Source: Mizuhopecten yessoensis
Taxonomy: Eukaryota
Assembly (NCBI RefSeq): GCF_002113885.1
Contig: NW_018407994.1
Span: 274,690 to 338,689, forward strand
DNA: 64,000 nt
Direction: 5' to 3'
Both the position numbers and the translations under genes were made by a program. Below the pieces are notes generated by a model that was given only the letters and a program-made list of their open reading frames with translations, made no database searches and was not told the DNA's origin. Below are positions 12,501 to 27,500 of this stretch, in pieces (position 1 is the first letter of the stretch; every line of letters begins with the position of its first letter).

Positions 12501-15500
12501 TCCTATTTCAAAATTTCAAATTAATGTATAGTTGAATGGAGACAATAAATTTAGAAATTAAAAAATGTATGAAGAATAAAAACAGGAACACACACAAAAT
12601 TGGCAAATGTAGATGATACAGTATAAGATATCACTGGGTAAAATGGTGTGAGCAAAGGGCAATAACTCTGTATATGGAAAACAATGTTGAAATTGTAGGT
12701 TGCAGAGTTCCAGGCATAGGGATGCACACTCTAAAGGACAGCCTGATAGACAGAGATTGCAGTAGATAGTTTATGGACCAAAAATACCTGGCTTACTTAT
12801 TCTGTACTATTTTTAATCAGCTAGTACTGGTACTGGTAACAAGAAAAAGACATTTTTCTTCTTATCTTGTCTGGAGAATTCCATCTTTGCATATTGCAGA
12901 GTTATCTTCTCTTGTGAGCAGGTATTGATTGTTATGTCATTGGTTTGTGCGAGAAAATTACGTCGCTTTTTCTCAAAAATTGATGACGTAACTCTCACAA
13001 ACATGTGACGTAACAATCAATACCTGCTAACAAGAGAAGATAACTCTGCAATACGAAAAGACGGAATTGTTACAGAAAAATACTTAATGTTAATGGTTTG
13101 ACGCTAAAAAACCTTCTGTTAATAACTGATAGGAATTGTTTTCCATAATATAAAGGGCTGCATATATACTGGTGAAATATTTTGCACTACACCTATAGGC
13201 ACTAGAAAAAGTCTTTATTCTAATGGGAAGGTTTTTAATTTTCAACTAGAAACAAAACGCACCAGGAAAAGCCAATAATCTATTTTAATCGAATTATTTT
13301 CTTAGAAACAAACAAAATGCTGATGTTGCATATTAGATGATTTGTAAAAATATGTACATGAATATATATACTATATAAAGTATTATATATATGTGTGTAA
13401 TAATGAAAATATGATATAAAAGAATATATATATAAAGATATTTTTCCACAAAACATGCTATTGTATATATATGGTGAGAATATTAGGAGAAAAGAGACAA
13501 TTATAAATTTGGGGTGTGTGATGGGTGTCTATCATTAATATTAGTGCCAGTTTAAAAAGGTTATCAAATATCAGGAAAAAGTGTGATCACTGCATCGAAG
13601 TTCAAACCACTGTTAGGTTATTTGGGAAACAAAATATGTGATAACTCAACTCTTTTTAATTCTAATATATAAATATGTAACTTACTTAATACAAAAATCA
13701 TTCATTCATTAATTAATTAATTAAGAATCACATTCAATACATCATTAAATATTGGAAATTATTCAAAAGCTATGTTTTTAAATTTGCAACCTCTGTAATG
13801 ATAAGCCTTATACATGTATATACCATGCTGTTCGAGTCATACTCAGCATATATATATGCAAGGAGTTACCAGAGATCCGTTAATTCAATAGAGAACAATT
13901 CCCACATACTGGTATCTACTAGCTAATATTATGTATTAACTAGCTTTGCTCTTCTTCACTATTTCGTGTTTGGAAATTCGGCATATTCGTAAATAGTAAT
14001 CTGTTTCAGTTATTTCCACACTCCAGGTACAGTAGAAAGATTTTACGAGCCTGTTACAGTATTGATTTTTCTCTCTCTCCCGATATCGCCTATAAACATT
14101 CCGGCACATGCAACATGCCTTGTTTGTGTTATGTATCTCTAACAATAAAACTAAACAAAAAGATATTTAAAGCGAAATGTTGTAACTGTTTGATCGTACA
14201 TAATTTTACAGACTATACTAACACAGTTGTTTATAAAATCACATTCATAGGTTAAGTAGTCATGCTATTTCTGTACAAGTGCTTGAAATTCTCACCCTGT
14301 TCAGTTTGCCCCGTTTAGGATCTGCCATGTTTTCTTCCCTTTCGGAGGGCCAAGTTTCGTTTGCAAAGTCAAGCAAATTAGGTCGCCCTGCAGGCTGGAC
14401 AGTGTCCGAATCTGATCCAGAGGTCACTGTCCACTTCTTGAGTGTTGGCTCACTTTCCGATGTCTCCTGTTAACACAAAGTCAAGGTTACATAAAGGTCA
14501 ATCAAGATTATTACTTTCCCTACCATAGAAATATAGAAAACGGCCAAGGTCAGTCTATATCACTGTGAGAGAGTGGAACTCCAATAGGCCGAAAAATAAA
14601 AAAATACTTGTACTTCCCGTGAAAACTATGAGGTCAGTCTACATCACAGAGAGTGGAACCCCAATAGGCCGAAAGTTAAAAGATACTTGTACTTCCCGTG
14701 AAAACTATGAAAAAAGTTACAAGGTATAACACAGTGAAGCACTGATCTAAATATTAATGTTCCGTATTCAATTGTCATCACTTGCTTACTGTCAATGGCT
14801 AAATGTTTCCATTTCTTAATAATTCCTTTATGCATTTTCCTCAATACATTATCAAACAATACATGTCCATGTCAACTTAGATATTACCATTCATTTATAA
14901 AGCCATCATTTCTCTAGGCAAATGGTCTGGCAGTATAATCATTGTACAAGAATTTACTGTATATGTAGACAAACATTATTTTTTCAAAACATCTTTTTTT
15001 CATTTGTTATATGGAGTACATTACAGTACAGTATATATACATACTCTGTCTTTTGAATTTCTTGTTCAAAATTGGCGTAAAATTTTACAAGTAACACATT
15101 TAAATGTAGTGTAGGTAGATTTACCCAGAAAAAGGGATCTTTAGTAATTATAAGCCATCAATCTGACTCTGATGGTGTGCTAATCTACCTATACGATTCC
15201 AGATATACTTGTTCAGTGAAAATCTTGTTTCATCTATTTGGAAAGTTTCACCCAAATTTGTCTGGAATAATGAGGTTCCACCACACATGTAACGAGTGAA
15301 ATGAAGGTCAAGTATATTCTGCAACATTTCTCACATACAGGTAAATTGACTTATTGATTAATGTTACTGAGGTCAAATCAAACATTAACACAATTAAATG
15401 CATTAAAAATATTTAAATCCGCGGAAAACATTATATATTTATACCCGAATTAAATTGTATTTTTCATAATTTCAGAGAATTCAATACATTCCAATTAATT

Positions 15501-18500
15501 GTTTTTCAAATTATCCTAAATGAGCAAACAGTTATACTTTTTTTCTATGTTTAATTTTATGTTTATTTAAAAACAAATGTGGCAGCATCCGTGTTTTTAT
15601 TTTCTGAAATCTTTATCACCTGTTTTGCCGACACATGCATACAATACATACAACAATACTGTATTTATCCTAAAAACTCTGACTACAAAAATTACAAATT
15701 CATCAGTTGCCAGTGATTCAGACATTGAATGTTTCCTTCAATTCACTGGTACATACTATTGTTAAATGATGGAGTTTTATAAATAAGTAACACTATAATG
15801 TGAAGCCTATTATTGGAGCAACCTTTATCCCGACAAAAAAATGGGGCTGAGAGGTTGCAATTCCAGAACCAGGTGCACCTTAATATTGAAAGCAATAATA
15901 ATATATATATAAGTATATTAATATAACAATTGTAAATGACCTCTGCCTGTCAAGCAGACTTTACCAACAGAGAAGGGTAAGAAGCCCCGGTACCACAGTA
16001 CAATATAAGGAAATATGGAAGCAAGATTATTTTCATACAGGTTAATTACCAATGCAGTTTTGGAGGAAAAAAATTACAAGAGCATTTCAATTGAAAAAAG
16101 GACATTTGTCCCCAGACCACTGATAGTTGAAATGGCTGGACTTACAAAGCTCAACTGCATATAACCATACATTAATACACACAAATTCTACTGTTACCAG
16201 AACCACCTACCATATTTGATGTAATAAGGGTATGGACAGGGGTAAATGGCAAGTAAGGCACTGTTAAATTAAACATGTACATAATTTTTCAGGGCAGCAT
16301 TGGGTTTTTTTCTATACACTTGTGTACAGTCCCACTTTGGTGGCCTAAGCTATCTGTTTCATAAAACCAGCTGAACAATTTTTTGGCAATTTTAAAATTC
16401 CAAAAAAAAATATTCCAGAATTTAAAAAGATAATTAACTGAAATATAGTTATATTTCTAAAATCGCTTGGGGATGGGACACCTTTATTACATCAAATACA
16501 GTTTAATTAAGCATGACAAATAAAGCGGTTCACAAAGTTCAACAGATACACAGTTCTCATATTAATTTACAAGTCATCTTTCATTATTTAGCCTTCTGCT
16601 ATAATTGACAATATTAATCTAAGTCAATACATGCATTTCTATGCACCATTCAAATGTGTCATCAATCCTTGTGTACTATTCGTATGTGTCATCAATTCTT
16701 GTGTACCATTCAAATGTGTCATCAATTCTTGTGTACTATTAAAATGTGTCATGAATTCTTTTGTACTATTCAAATGTGTTGATTTGTAGAACTCTTCTGA
16801 AATGGAGATGCATAAATAGTTGTTAGGTAGCCTGTATCCTTAATACATTAGATATGGCAGAAAGCCTACACAACATTATAGATCAACCCTCACAGCTGTG
16901 GATGTACATCCATCATTTACACAATAAAATGACAAAAAATAGAAGTGTCCATTCCAACGAAATGTGTCATGTAAGTTTTGTGTATACCTACATACCAACA
17001 TGTCAAGCACAATTGTTTCCAGTGAATATGTTGTACAATATTTCTACATCAAAACTAGCAGTGGTGTAATGGTTAACATATGATAAAATGCAATTCAATT
17101 AAGGATGGAAACGCATATTCAATAAATATTTATGATGATATGCAATAAAAACTCCATCCAAACACACTCCATAATGTATAATATCTTGGAGAATACAGAA
17201 TACATTTGGATGAAACTGTGTTGAATACCATCATAGTGTTGAAAAGATGTCTTTAAGTACAAAACAATATTCAACAAAGTATTTCATCTTTCTATATGGT
17301 TTCGTTTGGCTCATGATAAATTTAAATAAACTTCTATTCAACCAATGGTGGAACTCTTTTCTATGGTCAGGCAACACATATCAATCAGAAACCATTTGAT
17401 ATTTCCTTCATAATTGAAATATGATGACATGTCATGATTAGAACCCAATTACTCAAGAGGAACAGTCTCCAAATGGTAATCATTCACTCGTAATAGCTCC
17501 AGCTCTTCCTGGTTTAAAACAATACTAGTGGTAGCTAGGTTTACCTAATTTTCATAATTTTCATAAAATGGAAATTTAGATATGTATCATTATCAATCCA
17601 ATTTATTCAACTCTCATCAGTTTTATGACATTTAAACACTATTCTGTAGCATCTTTTCATCTACTGATAATCATTTTGAATCTAAGGACATGTTTTTATT
17701 TCAATATCAATAATTGAAAAAGACAACTTAATTTTATTTCACATACATAAAAAGCATTTTATTTGATATGGACAACTGATAATGAAAAAAAAAAATGCCC
17801 CAAGATAAATGCAAATTGTCCCCAAGGCCAGGAATCAAACCCAAGCTTACCTTGACCTCAGAGTTCCAACACAAGTTCTCCCCGAGGCCAGGAATCAAAC
17901 TCTAGCTTACCTCGTAACCTAAGTGGTCTGTCCCTGAAGCCAGGACTGAAACTTAAGCTTATGATTTAACTTAGACTTTAAAGATCCAACACAAGTTGTC
18001 TCCGAGGCTAGGACTCAAACTTGAGGTTACCTTGACCTTGGAGGTCCAACACAAGCTGTCCACTAGGCCAGGAATCAAACCCGAGGTTACCTTGACCTCA
18101 GAGATCCAACACAAGTCCCAAAGGCCAGGAATCAAACCCGAGGTTACCTTGACCTAAAATAGTAGACCAACGCAAGCTGTCCGCTAGGCCGGAATCGAAA
18201 CCGAGGTTACCTTGACCTCAGAGGTCCAACACAAGTTGTCCCTAAGGCCAGGACTCAACCCTGAGCTTTCCTTTACCTTAAAGGTTAAACACAAGTTGTC
18301 CCCAAGGCCAGGACTCAAACCTGAGCTTTCCTTTACCTTAAAGGTTTAACACAAGTTGTCCCCAAGGCCAGGACTCAAACCTGAGCTTTCCTTTACCTTA
18401 AAGGTCCAACACAAGTTGTCCCTAAGGCCAGGACTCAAACCTGAGCTTCCCTTTACCTTAGAGGTTCAACACAAGTTGTCCCCAAGGCCAGGACTCAACC

Positions 18501-21500
18501 CCGAGCTTCCCTTTACCTTAAAGGTTTAACACAAGTTGTCCCCAAGGCCAGGACTCAAACCTGAGATTACCTTGACCTTAGAGGTTCAACACAAGTTGTC
18601 CCTAAGGCCAGGACTCAAACCTGAGCTTCCCTTTACCTTAGAGGTTCAACACAAGTTGTCCCCAAGGCCAGGACTCAAACCTGAGATTACCTTGACCTTA
18701 AAGGTTCACCACAAGTTGTCCCCAAGACCAGGATTCAAGCCTGAGCTTCCCTTTACCTTAGAGGTTAACCACAAGTTGTCCCCAAGGCTAGGACTCAAAC
18801 CTGAGCTTACCTTTACCTTAAAGATTCAACACAAGTTGTTTCCGAGGCATTTATAGGACTCAAACCTGAGATTACCTTTAGCTTAGAGGTCCAACAAAAG
18901 TCGTCCCCAAGGCCAGGATTCAAGCCTGAGCTTACCTTTACCTTAGAGGTTCAACACAAGTTGTCCCAAAGGCCAGGACTCAAACCTGAGCTTACCTTTA
19001 CCTTAGAGGTTCAACACAAGTTGTCCCTAAGGCCAGGACTCAAACCTGAGATTACCTTGACCTTAAAGGTTCACCACAAGTTGTCCCCAAGGCCAGGACT
19101 CAACCCCGAGCTTTCCTTTACCTTAGAGGTTAAACACAAGTTGTCCCCAAGGCCAGGACTCAAACCTGAGCTTACCTTTACCTTAGAGGTTAAACACAAG
19201 TTGTCCCCAAGACCAGGATTCAAGCCTGAGCTTCCCTTTACATTAGAGGTTAAACACAAGTTGTCCCCAAGGCCAGGATTCAAGCCTGAGCTTACCTTTA
19301 CCTTAGAGGTTAAACACAAGTTGTCCCCAAGACCAGGATTCAAGCTTGAGCTTTCCTTTACCTTAGAGGTTAAACACAAGTTGACCCCAAGGCCAGGACG
19401 AGGTTCAACATAAGTTGTCCCTAAGGCCAGGACTCAAACTTGAGCTTACCTTTACCTTAAAGGTTCAACACAAGTTGTTCCAGAGGCATTTATAGGACTC
19501 AAACCTGAGATTACCTTGACCTTAGAGGTCCAACAAAAGTTGTCCCCAAGGCCAGGACTCAAACCCGAGCTTACTTTGACCTTAGAGGTCCAACACAAGT
19601 TTTCCCAGAAGCCTGGCATCAAACCTAAGCTTACCTTGACCTAAGAGGTCTGTCCCCGAGTCCAGGACTCAAACTTGAGCTTATAATTACTCGACTTTAA
19701 AGAGCCAACACAAGCTGTCCACCTTGACCTAATTAGAGGTCCAACACAAGCTGTCTCAAGGCCAGGACTCAAACCCGAGGTTTCCATGACCTTAGAGATC
19801 CAACACAAATTGTCCCTGAGACCAGCTAGGAGTCAAATCTAAGCTTACATTTTTTTTGAGGGAGACAAAATTAGGGAGGGGGCTTAATTGCAAGCACCCA
19901 CCCGGTTCCCAGGCCGGACATTTGCCAAAGTGGGGAGGGGGCTTATTTGTGAGAGGGGGCTTATTTGCGGTCAAATATGGTAACTTGAACTCATTGAGAT
20001 TCATTAGAATTCTGTCAAACCCTCTAGACCTCATGATGAGACAAATAAAATGCTGAATGACATTGCAACGTTATAGTTCTATATTTACAGGCAATGGTAT
20101 GATTTTTAGGGATTATAAAATTACTATTATGACAGAAACAACACTATAATTTTGATAAATTGTACCTATGTGTGACAGCTAGTACTCAGTCAATATACAT
20201 CAATGTCTCCACATATACAATAAATGGAATCTATCCATCGTGAGAGAGGTTAGTAGGAAACATGTAGTAATCTACAAAATCCACACAATTAAGATGACAA
20301 CTGATAGAAATAACCTGCCATCTCCAATATCTTTAACCCTTTCATCCCTATGTTACTTTAGTAGACTCTACCATGCATTGATATGGTTGTGTCCATTATG
20401 GTCTACAGTGGTGACAGGGTTAATTAACCTCATGATCATACAATGTTTATAATTAAAGCTCTATATCTATATATAAATATAAACACTGGAGGATCTCACA
20501 TGTTCCCCATTTTTATAAGATGTTTATGAAACCAGCTTCAGAGAGCTTCATAAAACTCAGATTGTATGGAAATAAGGTTTGATTAAAAGTTTTGATTTCT
20601 CATAAAACCAGTGATATGATTATAAAATAAATATACTGATCACTGTGTTGCTTACATGTATTCAGTTTGAAATTGATATATTTATGGTAATCCTGATGAG
20701 CTGAAAACCCTGAAAATTTCATTAAAATAAAATATTGTGTAAACGAGACTCAAACCTGTCCTGAAGAATTCACAGAGTCAGTAAAGACACACAAAATCAC
20801 TAAAGACTCCAACTCACAGAGTGACAGACACACATATGCTGTATTGTGTGTGGGAATTCAAGATTAAATATAAACAAGTCTACGTCATTATGAGACATGT
20901 GTTCCAGGGGGATGATTGAGTTATACATCAGTTATCAGACCCCTGTATTTACATCAGGTCTCTCGTCTCACAAAGTCTGGTTAGTTTTTAAATGTGGTAC
21001 AATCTTGGCTTCAAGCAAACAAGACTTTTTGATGCAGAACCTGGTTGGGTCATATAACAAATGCCTGCCACAGAAACCTACTAATCCCTCTTTTAGTCAC
21101 CAAAATAAAGTCTAAAAACCCTGTCAACAGTCCCTGCAGCCAATGAACCCCTCAAGGTCACTGGAGCCTACAAACTGTCACTTTAGTCTATACCCTTCCA
21201 TTTTCATGGGAGTCTATAAATTCTTCTGCTCTCCTTCACCCAGGAGTCTAAACCCTTGTGTTGTCACTGGAACATACATAGCCCTCTGTTGTCACTTTCT
21301 TGTCACAGACAGCTGGGTTATGTAAAAGTTATGCAGACTATTATAAAACTATTCAGATTAAACTAATAATCAATCTTTTGAGTTTTATCTTTGTTTACAG
21401 AAAAGAGAACTAATTAAGTCTGATGCAGACATCAAACATACACGTCTACATTAGATAAATATTCTACAGATCACAACCTTGAAATGTTTACCCCATCTTA

Positions 21501-24500
21501 GTTTTTAATGAATCATATCTAAGCTTGATGTGTCTGGTATGAAGATGTGATATACACTATTGGGAACTCCACATGCTTCATGTATCAAATTATAATTTAA
21601 AGTGCTGACAGACCTCCCAGTCTAGTCCCCGTATCTGTCTCGAGATTTAGGACCCAGAGCACCTGTGGGGATTGATTACTGGGTCTAACTGGGACTAATT
21701 GGACTGGATAGGAGCACAGCAAGAGGATAACTGGGGCACCACTCCCTGTACTGGAGGAGACTTGGTAAGGCGGCCACATCTCCAATAGGACTCCGGAAAA
21801 GAATGGGTAACATGGATATCTATCCATTGCACCTTTGGAAGAGGATGATGCATCACAGTTCATCCTTGAAGCAGGCGGGATAATAGAAACTCTCCAGTAG
21901 GACTTAATTGAAGCAGACAGATGACGGGACATCTCTAGTTGATCAGGGAACCTGAGCTCTCCAATAGAACATTAGAGTAGACAGGAAAACAGGAATATCT
22001 TTCCAGTGGGACTAAATTGCAGACAGCATTCAATGTACACCTCAATTTTAAAACTAATCGTGCATGACTGTTTTATCTTTTATATCATTACAAAACCTTT
22101 AGTGGAAATTCTGTTAACTACAACTCTTTCATTTTCTGACTATCATTACAGGCCCCTATGGTCAGGAAACCGTCTTTAGTTCACATTTCAAATTTTAACA
22201 AGATAAATATTTCTCTTTAAAACCATCTTGAAATGGTGAAAAAGTCCATATTGACAATAAACATGTACATGCATGTAAAAACACATTTTGACATGGAACT
22301 TAAAAATTGCATAACATTCAAGTTTGAACTTAATTATTTTTTGCACGATCCTCTGGGCTTGCATATGGGTCGACATGAGTAATATCATCTTTACAAATAG
22401 AAGCCAATTCAATGTTTGTTTTTGCAGAACATGCGTAAGTTATTCATAGAATTACCTCACCACTATAATGAGACTTACTGACAATAAGAAAGTCTAAGAG
22501 TCCAATTTCTACCAGGGAGTAAGATCAGTTTGTACGAGATTATACAGACATCTGTAACCATCCCCATGGTCTAGTAGTGATCGGACCCACCTTCTCTATT
22601 ATGTCGCAACACTTTAATACCGACTTGTCAAAACAAATAGAGCATTTGTCACGGGACCGGAGCTGTGGTGTAACAAGGCTACACGAGGTGAAGGATGAGT
22701 CACGGAGCATCTCTGATCGCGCTGTCAACCTGTTCCTATACCTATCGCCACGGTGACACACTCCATCACCCAATCAGGTGTGTCGACAGATAATTAGGCC
22801 CACCTTACCTGTGATCATGGGTCGTAAACACTTAAACAGTACAAAGGTGTTACTGGACACAGGGGCTGTGACCAGACAGGGCATTAATTACATCGGGAGC
22901 TATATGACAAGACAGTGTACCTTGACCTTGTATTACATCAGTGTGCGTCAATCTCTATTTCTTAAATCATTTTTCATGAAAAAAAATCAACCGCAATAAA
23001 AACAAAAAATACAGACAGAAAACAACATCAATCTACATCGTAATTAATAATGACCCTATCATGTGAACGGCTGTTAACTAAATGACATGTGACAGACAGA
23101 GTCACGAAGCCGAAGGTGCAAACAATGTTGAAATATTGAAGTTAAACGTTACAGCTCCTGCGTCACGCGCGATCCATTTTACGCCATATATCATTAATAT
23201 CCTGGCAACATTTGTACATTTTTAACACTTGATTTTCTGTGTATTTAGAAGGTATCTTAGATGAACAGAATACCACTACACAACAAGTGTTTTAACCCTT
23301 TCACCCCTATGTAACTTCAGTAAACTCTTCCATACATTGATTTGGATGAGTCCATTATGGTCTACAGTGGTGAAAGGGTTGATAGAGTATTACATTGCAA
23401 TCTCTAACAATATGTGTCAAAGACTAATTTCTTGTAAATTCATGTCCTTTCCCTAACTTTCTTTGACCTCAAAAAGAAACACCCATCTAATATTTTTTTG
23501 TAAACCTATCGACAGCAACCTTTAAATTCATCAGGATCCTCCCCAACTTTCTTTAGTTACACTGGGATAAATACTCAGATTATGGCAGGTACATGTAGTA
23601 CTTAGTTAACAAGAGACCCTTAGGCATATACGGGAATTGTTGAAAACTTGGGCTACAACAAACTGTTTTGGGGGTTTCTTAGACTTTTTATGAAGAATTT
23701 CTCAGCTGCATTTTACTACTAGTTTATCTCCCCCTAGTTTAGAATCTAGAATCAGACATCCAAGTGATCAATTTTTTTTGAGTTAAACTTTTTTCTTAAT
23801 AATTCAATATTCTAGAGACGGTGGCCAGTTTTGGGGGGTTCTGGGAACAGTGCTTCTCCTGCAGCACCATCTGGAGTCCTGGGACTATAACAGGAATAGC
23901 TTATAATTTTGCAACCTGGTATTCTTGCCTATAGACCTTTCTATATGGATCAGGTCGTTAAATCACAGTTGTCCTTCAGCAGAAAATATTTTCATTTTGT
24001 ATAAAACTTGCCCTTGTTTAATTGGCCCTGCCTAGCTATCTGTCTCCCTGCTGACGGGCTGGAGACCTTAATACAACTGGTAATGGCCTTATTTTAAAGA
24101 TGACTAAAATGAATAAGTTTGATTAAAATACGTCATTTAAATGTGGTAGAAGGAACCATTTATGTCATTTTCCTTTATAACAATTCCTTGCGTATTGCAG
24201 AGTTATCTGCTCTTGTGAGCAGGTATTGATTGTTTCGTCATTTGTTTGTGAGAGTAACGTCGTCAATTTTTGAGAAAACGACGTAATTTTCTCACCCAAA
24301 CCAATGACGTAACAATCAATACCTGCTCACAAGAGAAGATAACTCTGGAATACACAAAAACGGAATAGTAAATTAGGGGTCGTGGAATGGTATGAACAGA
24401 TTTAACTTTTCATGGATTGATCTTTCTGCAATGAAAAAGAAACAGATTCAGGATGTTTGATTCTGTAGAAGAAATTTCTTTGAAAATGTATCATTTGGCT

Positions 24501-27500
24501 CTAAATCTTGGCGCTACAGGGCTAAAGTCCACATTCAGGCACCTTTGGATCCCTACAGTTCCTCCATTTATCATTCCTACAGAATTGGATACAATGTGGT
24601 TGAGTGCTTTAAAGGAAGTTGAAAATGTAAAATGTTAATGGACGACAGACAAAAATATGATGGACAAAAGACAAAGATGAATCACAATCGGTCACCGAGC
24701 CTTGATCTATGGTAACCTAAAAGCATGTATTGATCTCCTCCTGTCTGTTAATTCTATAAAACCCTTTATTTTAGTATTATGTAATAGAAATAACCTGATA
24801 CATGTACATGTAATGTCAAAAGATCAAATTTCATCAAAGTTATACAGGAATAGAAAATATCAAGATTACAGATAAAGGCTGAAAGTGGGAGACAAATGTT
24901 TTAACCCATAACCCTTAAAGTCACATTTGAACCTTACCAAATCAAAGACCGGGCAAGTCCAGTTTGAATATAAAGGGTGAATGAGTTAAGAATGGATGCA
25001 GTATATATATCTTTATCAAGTTTTACAATTCAAGCTTGATAACATATATGTGTAGTTATACTGATGGAAATCTTGAAAGCTAGTTTGAGATGAACGAAGC
25101 AAAAGGCGGGTTATGCCGACTGCACTGAGTAACATTTCCCCCATATACATAAAAGTTGAGCACTCCAGACTTAACCAATCAATACGGTACATCCTCTCGC
25201 AAATCTACTTATCAAGGATCAAAGCCATGCAAAGTGAGGTCTTTCTGCATTCATCCTTGCATAAGACCGTGTAGTGTATTATGTTTATCCCTATTTGGCT
25301 GTTAGCTAAATATCCGTGGCGACAAATTCTCTTTCTTTTCTCGCAAAATTCAGTTATATTGGTTGGATGTTCTTTCTGCAAATTGTTCGGGCCTTTTATG
25401 TTTTTAGATATTTCCAGATGATTTCCAGACAACTGTAAAATACCAGAATACTGCATTTATGTATCGAAATCCATAAATACATGTATAAGAAATAATCTGC
25501 ACATGTTATGGAAAGGCCGGATTCAAAAAGGGTGTGCAATTTTTATTTCTTTAATTTCCCAACATTTTCAAACTCCTAGTTATATATTCCACCATAATAT
25601 ACAAACACGGTTTGATTAAATTTCTTCTATCACACTAAATGTACACATGAAATGTTACGAACTGCATTTTTACCTGACTAATCAAATATAAGGTAGCATA
25701 ACAAAGAGAATTGTAGGGAAGATTTTGAAATGCTGATTGACCATGCATGCATTGTTCGGGCACATGTTGCATCTGTTGTCTAATAATCCATGGTATTCGA
25801 CCAACGAATATTTTACTGGTAACAAAAAACACAACTTTAGTTTCATTCAGCCTAACCCAGACAGAGCTACAGCTTTTGGATGGGTTACAGATAGCTAACA
25901 TACAAGGTTATCGTAAAAGTGACACTGGGGATACATAACATTTTAAAATGTCAGAAACATTGCCTCTAGTTAGACTTCAGTTTTCCTGAGGGTATTACAG
26001 CTCATAAAACTAAGACATTTTTTATGTGAAAAGTGAAAACTTCATAAAAAATAAAATGAATTTATAACATTCCAGTGAAAATATAACAATTTAAGTAAAT
26101 CTATATACTAGCCCCTGTTCATGAACAATATTCCCAAGAAAGTTATGAAAAAATAAATCTCAAAGGATTTTTTTTCCAAACCCCAGCAAAAACTTTCTAT
26201 GGAAACAATTTGATGTACTTTTTCAATATTTGCTTAGGAACTTATATTATGTGAAACATGTGCCCGAAAGGCATGTATGCAATCCACATGGTTAAACTTT
26301 GACATTATAAAAAACACAACCAATGTACTTTAACTTTCACTGTAAGATGGCAAGACTTAAACAAACTGACCATCGGGTCCGGATGCTGACTAATTGGCTA
26401 CCTGGTCAATACATACCTGTCTATACCTGTATTTTCCACAGCAACAGGAACACTTTTTGGACACTTTGTTACCCATAGTTTCGTGAGAAATGTTCCGAAA
26501 TCAAGACTCATTTCACCAAACAACCTCTTCACATCGAGGGAAAAAAACTTACAACTTTGCCAAATTTTCGATGTGTGTAGTGTATATATGTGTAACCTGC
26601 TATGGAATGCAGTAATCCAGTAAAAATCTGCCAAACACTCTCTGTTGAAGGGATAAAGTTTCATTCTCAGGCTGAGTCAAATTTCAGCTGTTTTGGATCC
26701 CTTTCACCCAACACTTCCTTACCAAAAGCCCAGTGTCTTTGATGCTCTGTATCATAGCACTATGTAGAAGGGTGTCTACACTTCACCACTTAAAAGCATC
26801 AACAGCTTCCAGCTACATTCAACAAGAAGATAAACAATTCGGGTTGTCTCAAAACTGTTTTGAATAAATCACCACCAACATCAACAATTTTGTAAACAAC
26901 TTAAGAAATTGCGTAACATGTGTATGTAAAAAAAATAATCAAAAAATAACAGAACAATTTAAATATTTGTTTAAATCAACTTGTACACTGGTCAGAAGCT
27001 AAAAGTACTCATGAAATCATGAGATTAGTAGGGGGTGGGGTGAGGGGGGAAGGGAGGTAATGATACACACATGTAGGGATAACCTCATACATCATACGCT
27101 AATTGGCACTCTCAGCCATTATATTATCACAACATGGGTATCACAGTGCTGCAGATCTGTTTGTTTTGTCATTGCTGGCGCCATAACATTTAATCTGACC
27201 GCCCTAATAGTAAACAATATCTGGGGTCCACTTCTCAGTTCTAACTGCACTGCTGGAGGAACTGATTGATAAGACGGAGTTTATTTTAATGGTTTAGATC
27301 CCCTGTATTATGACACATTCATAGACGCATCAAAGTTGTATATTTATATAGGGGTTAATGAGCAGTAGATTCTCTTGTGGACTGTTAATGAAATAAGTCA
27401 TTTCTCACTTTCAAACAAATTCTTTTGGGACTAATTAAGTACAACCAAGACATTTCAGTCAGGGCAATTAACTGGCATATGGCCACTACAAATCAGAATC

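Noticed and set aside
18536-19413. ORFs with 20-aa repeats (HKLSPRPGLKPELTFTLEV)
   Set aside because: By-product of the 60-bp satellite; open on both strands, TTG starts, no splice context.
21597-21932. 111-aa minus-strand ORF in a GC-richer patch
   Set aside because: No recognisable domain or compatible splice sites; contains a degenerate internal repeat, so probably a decayed repeat.
26398-26664. 88-aa ORF MKLYPFN...
   Set aside because: Its donors are phase 1 or 2 and incompatible; the meaningful frame is the overlapping MGNKVSKK peptide.
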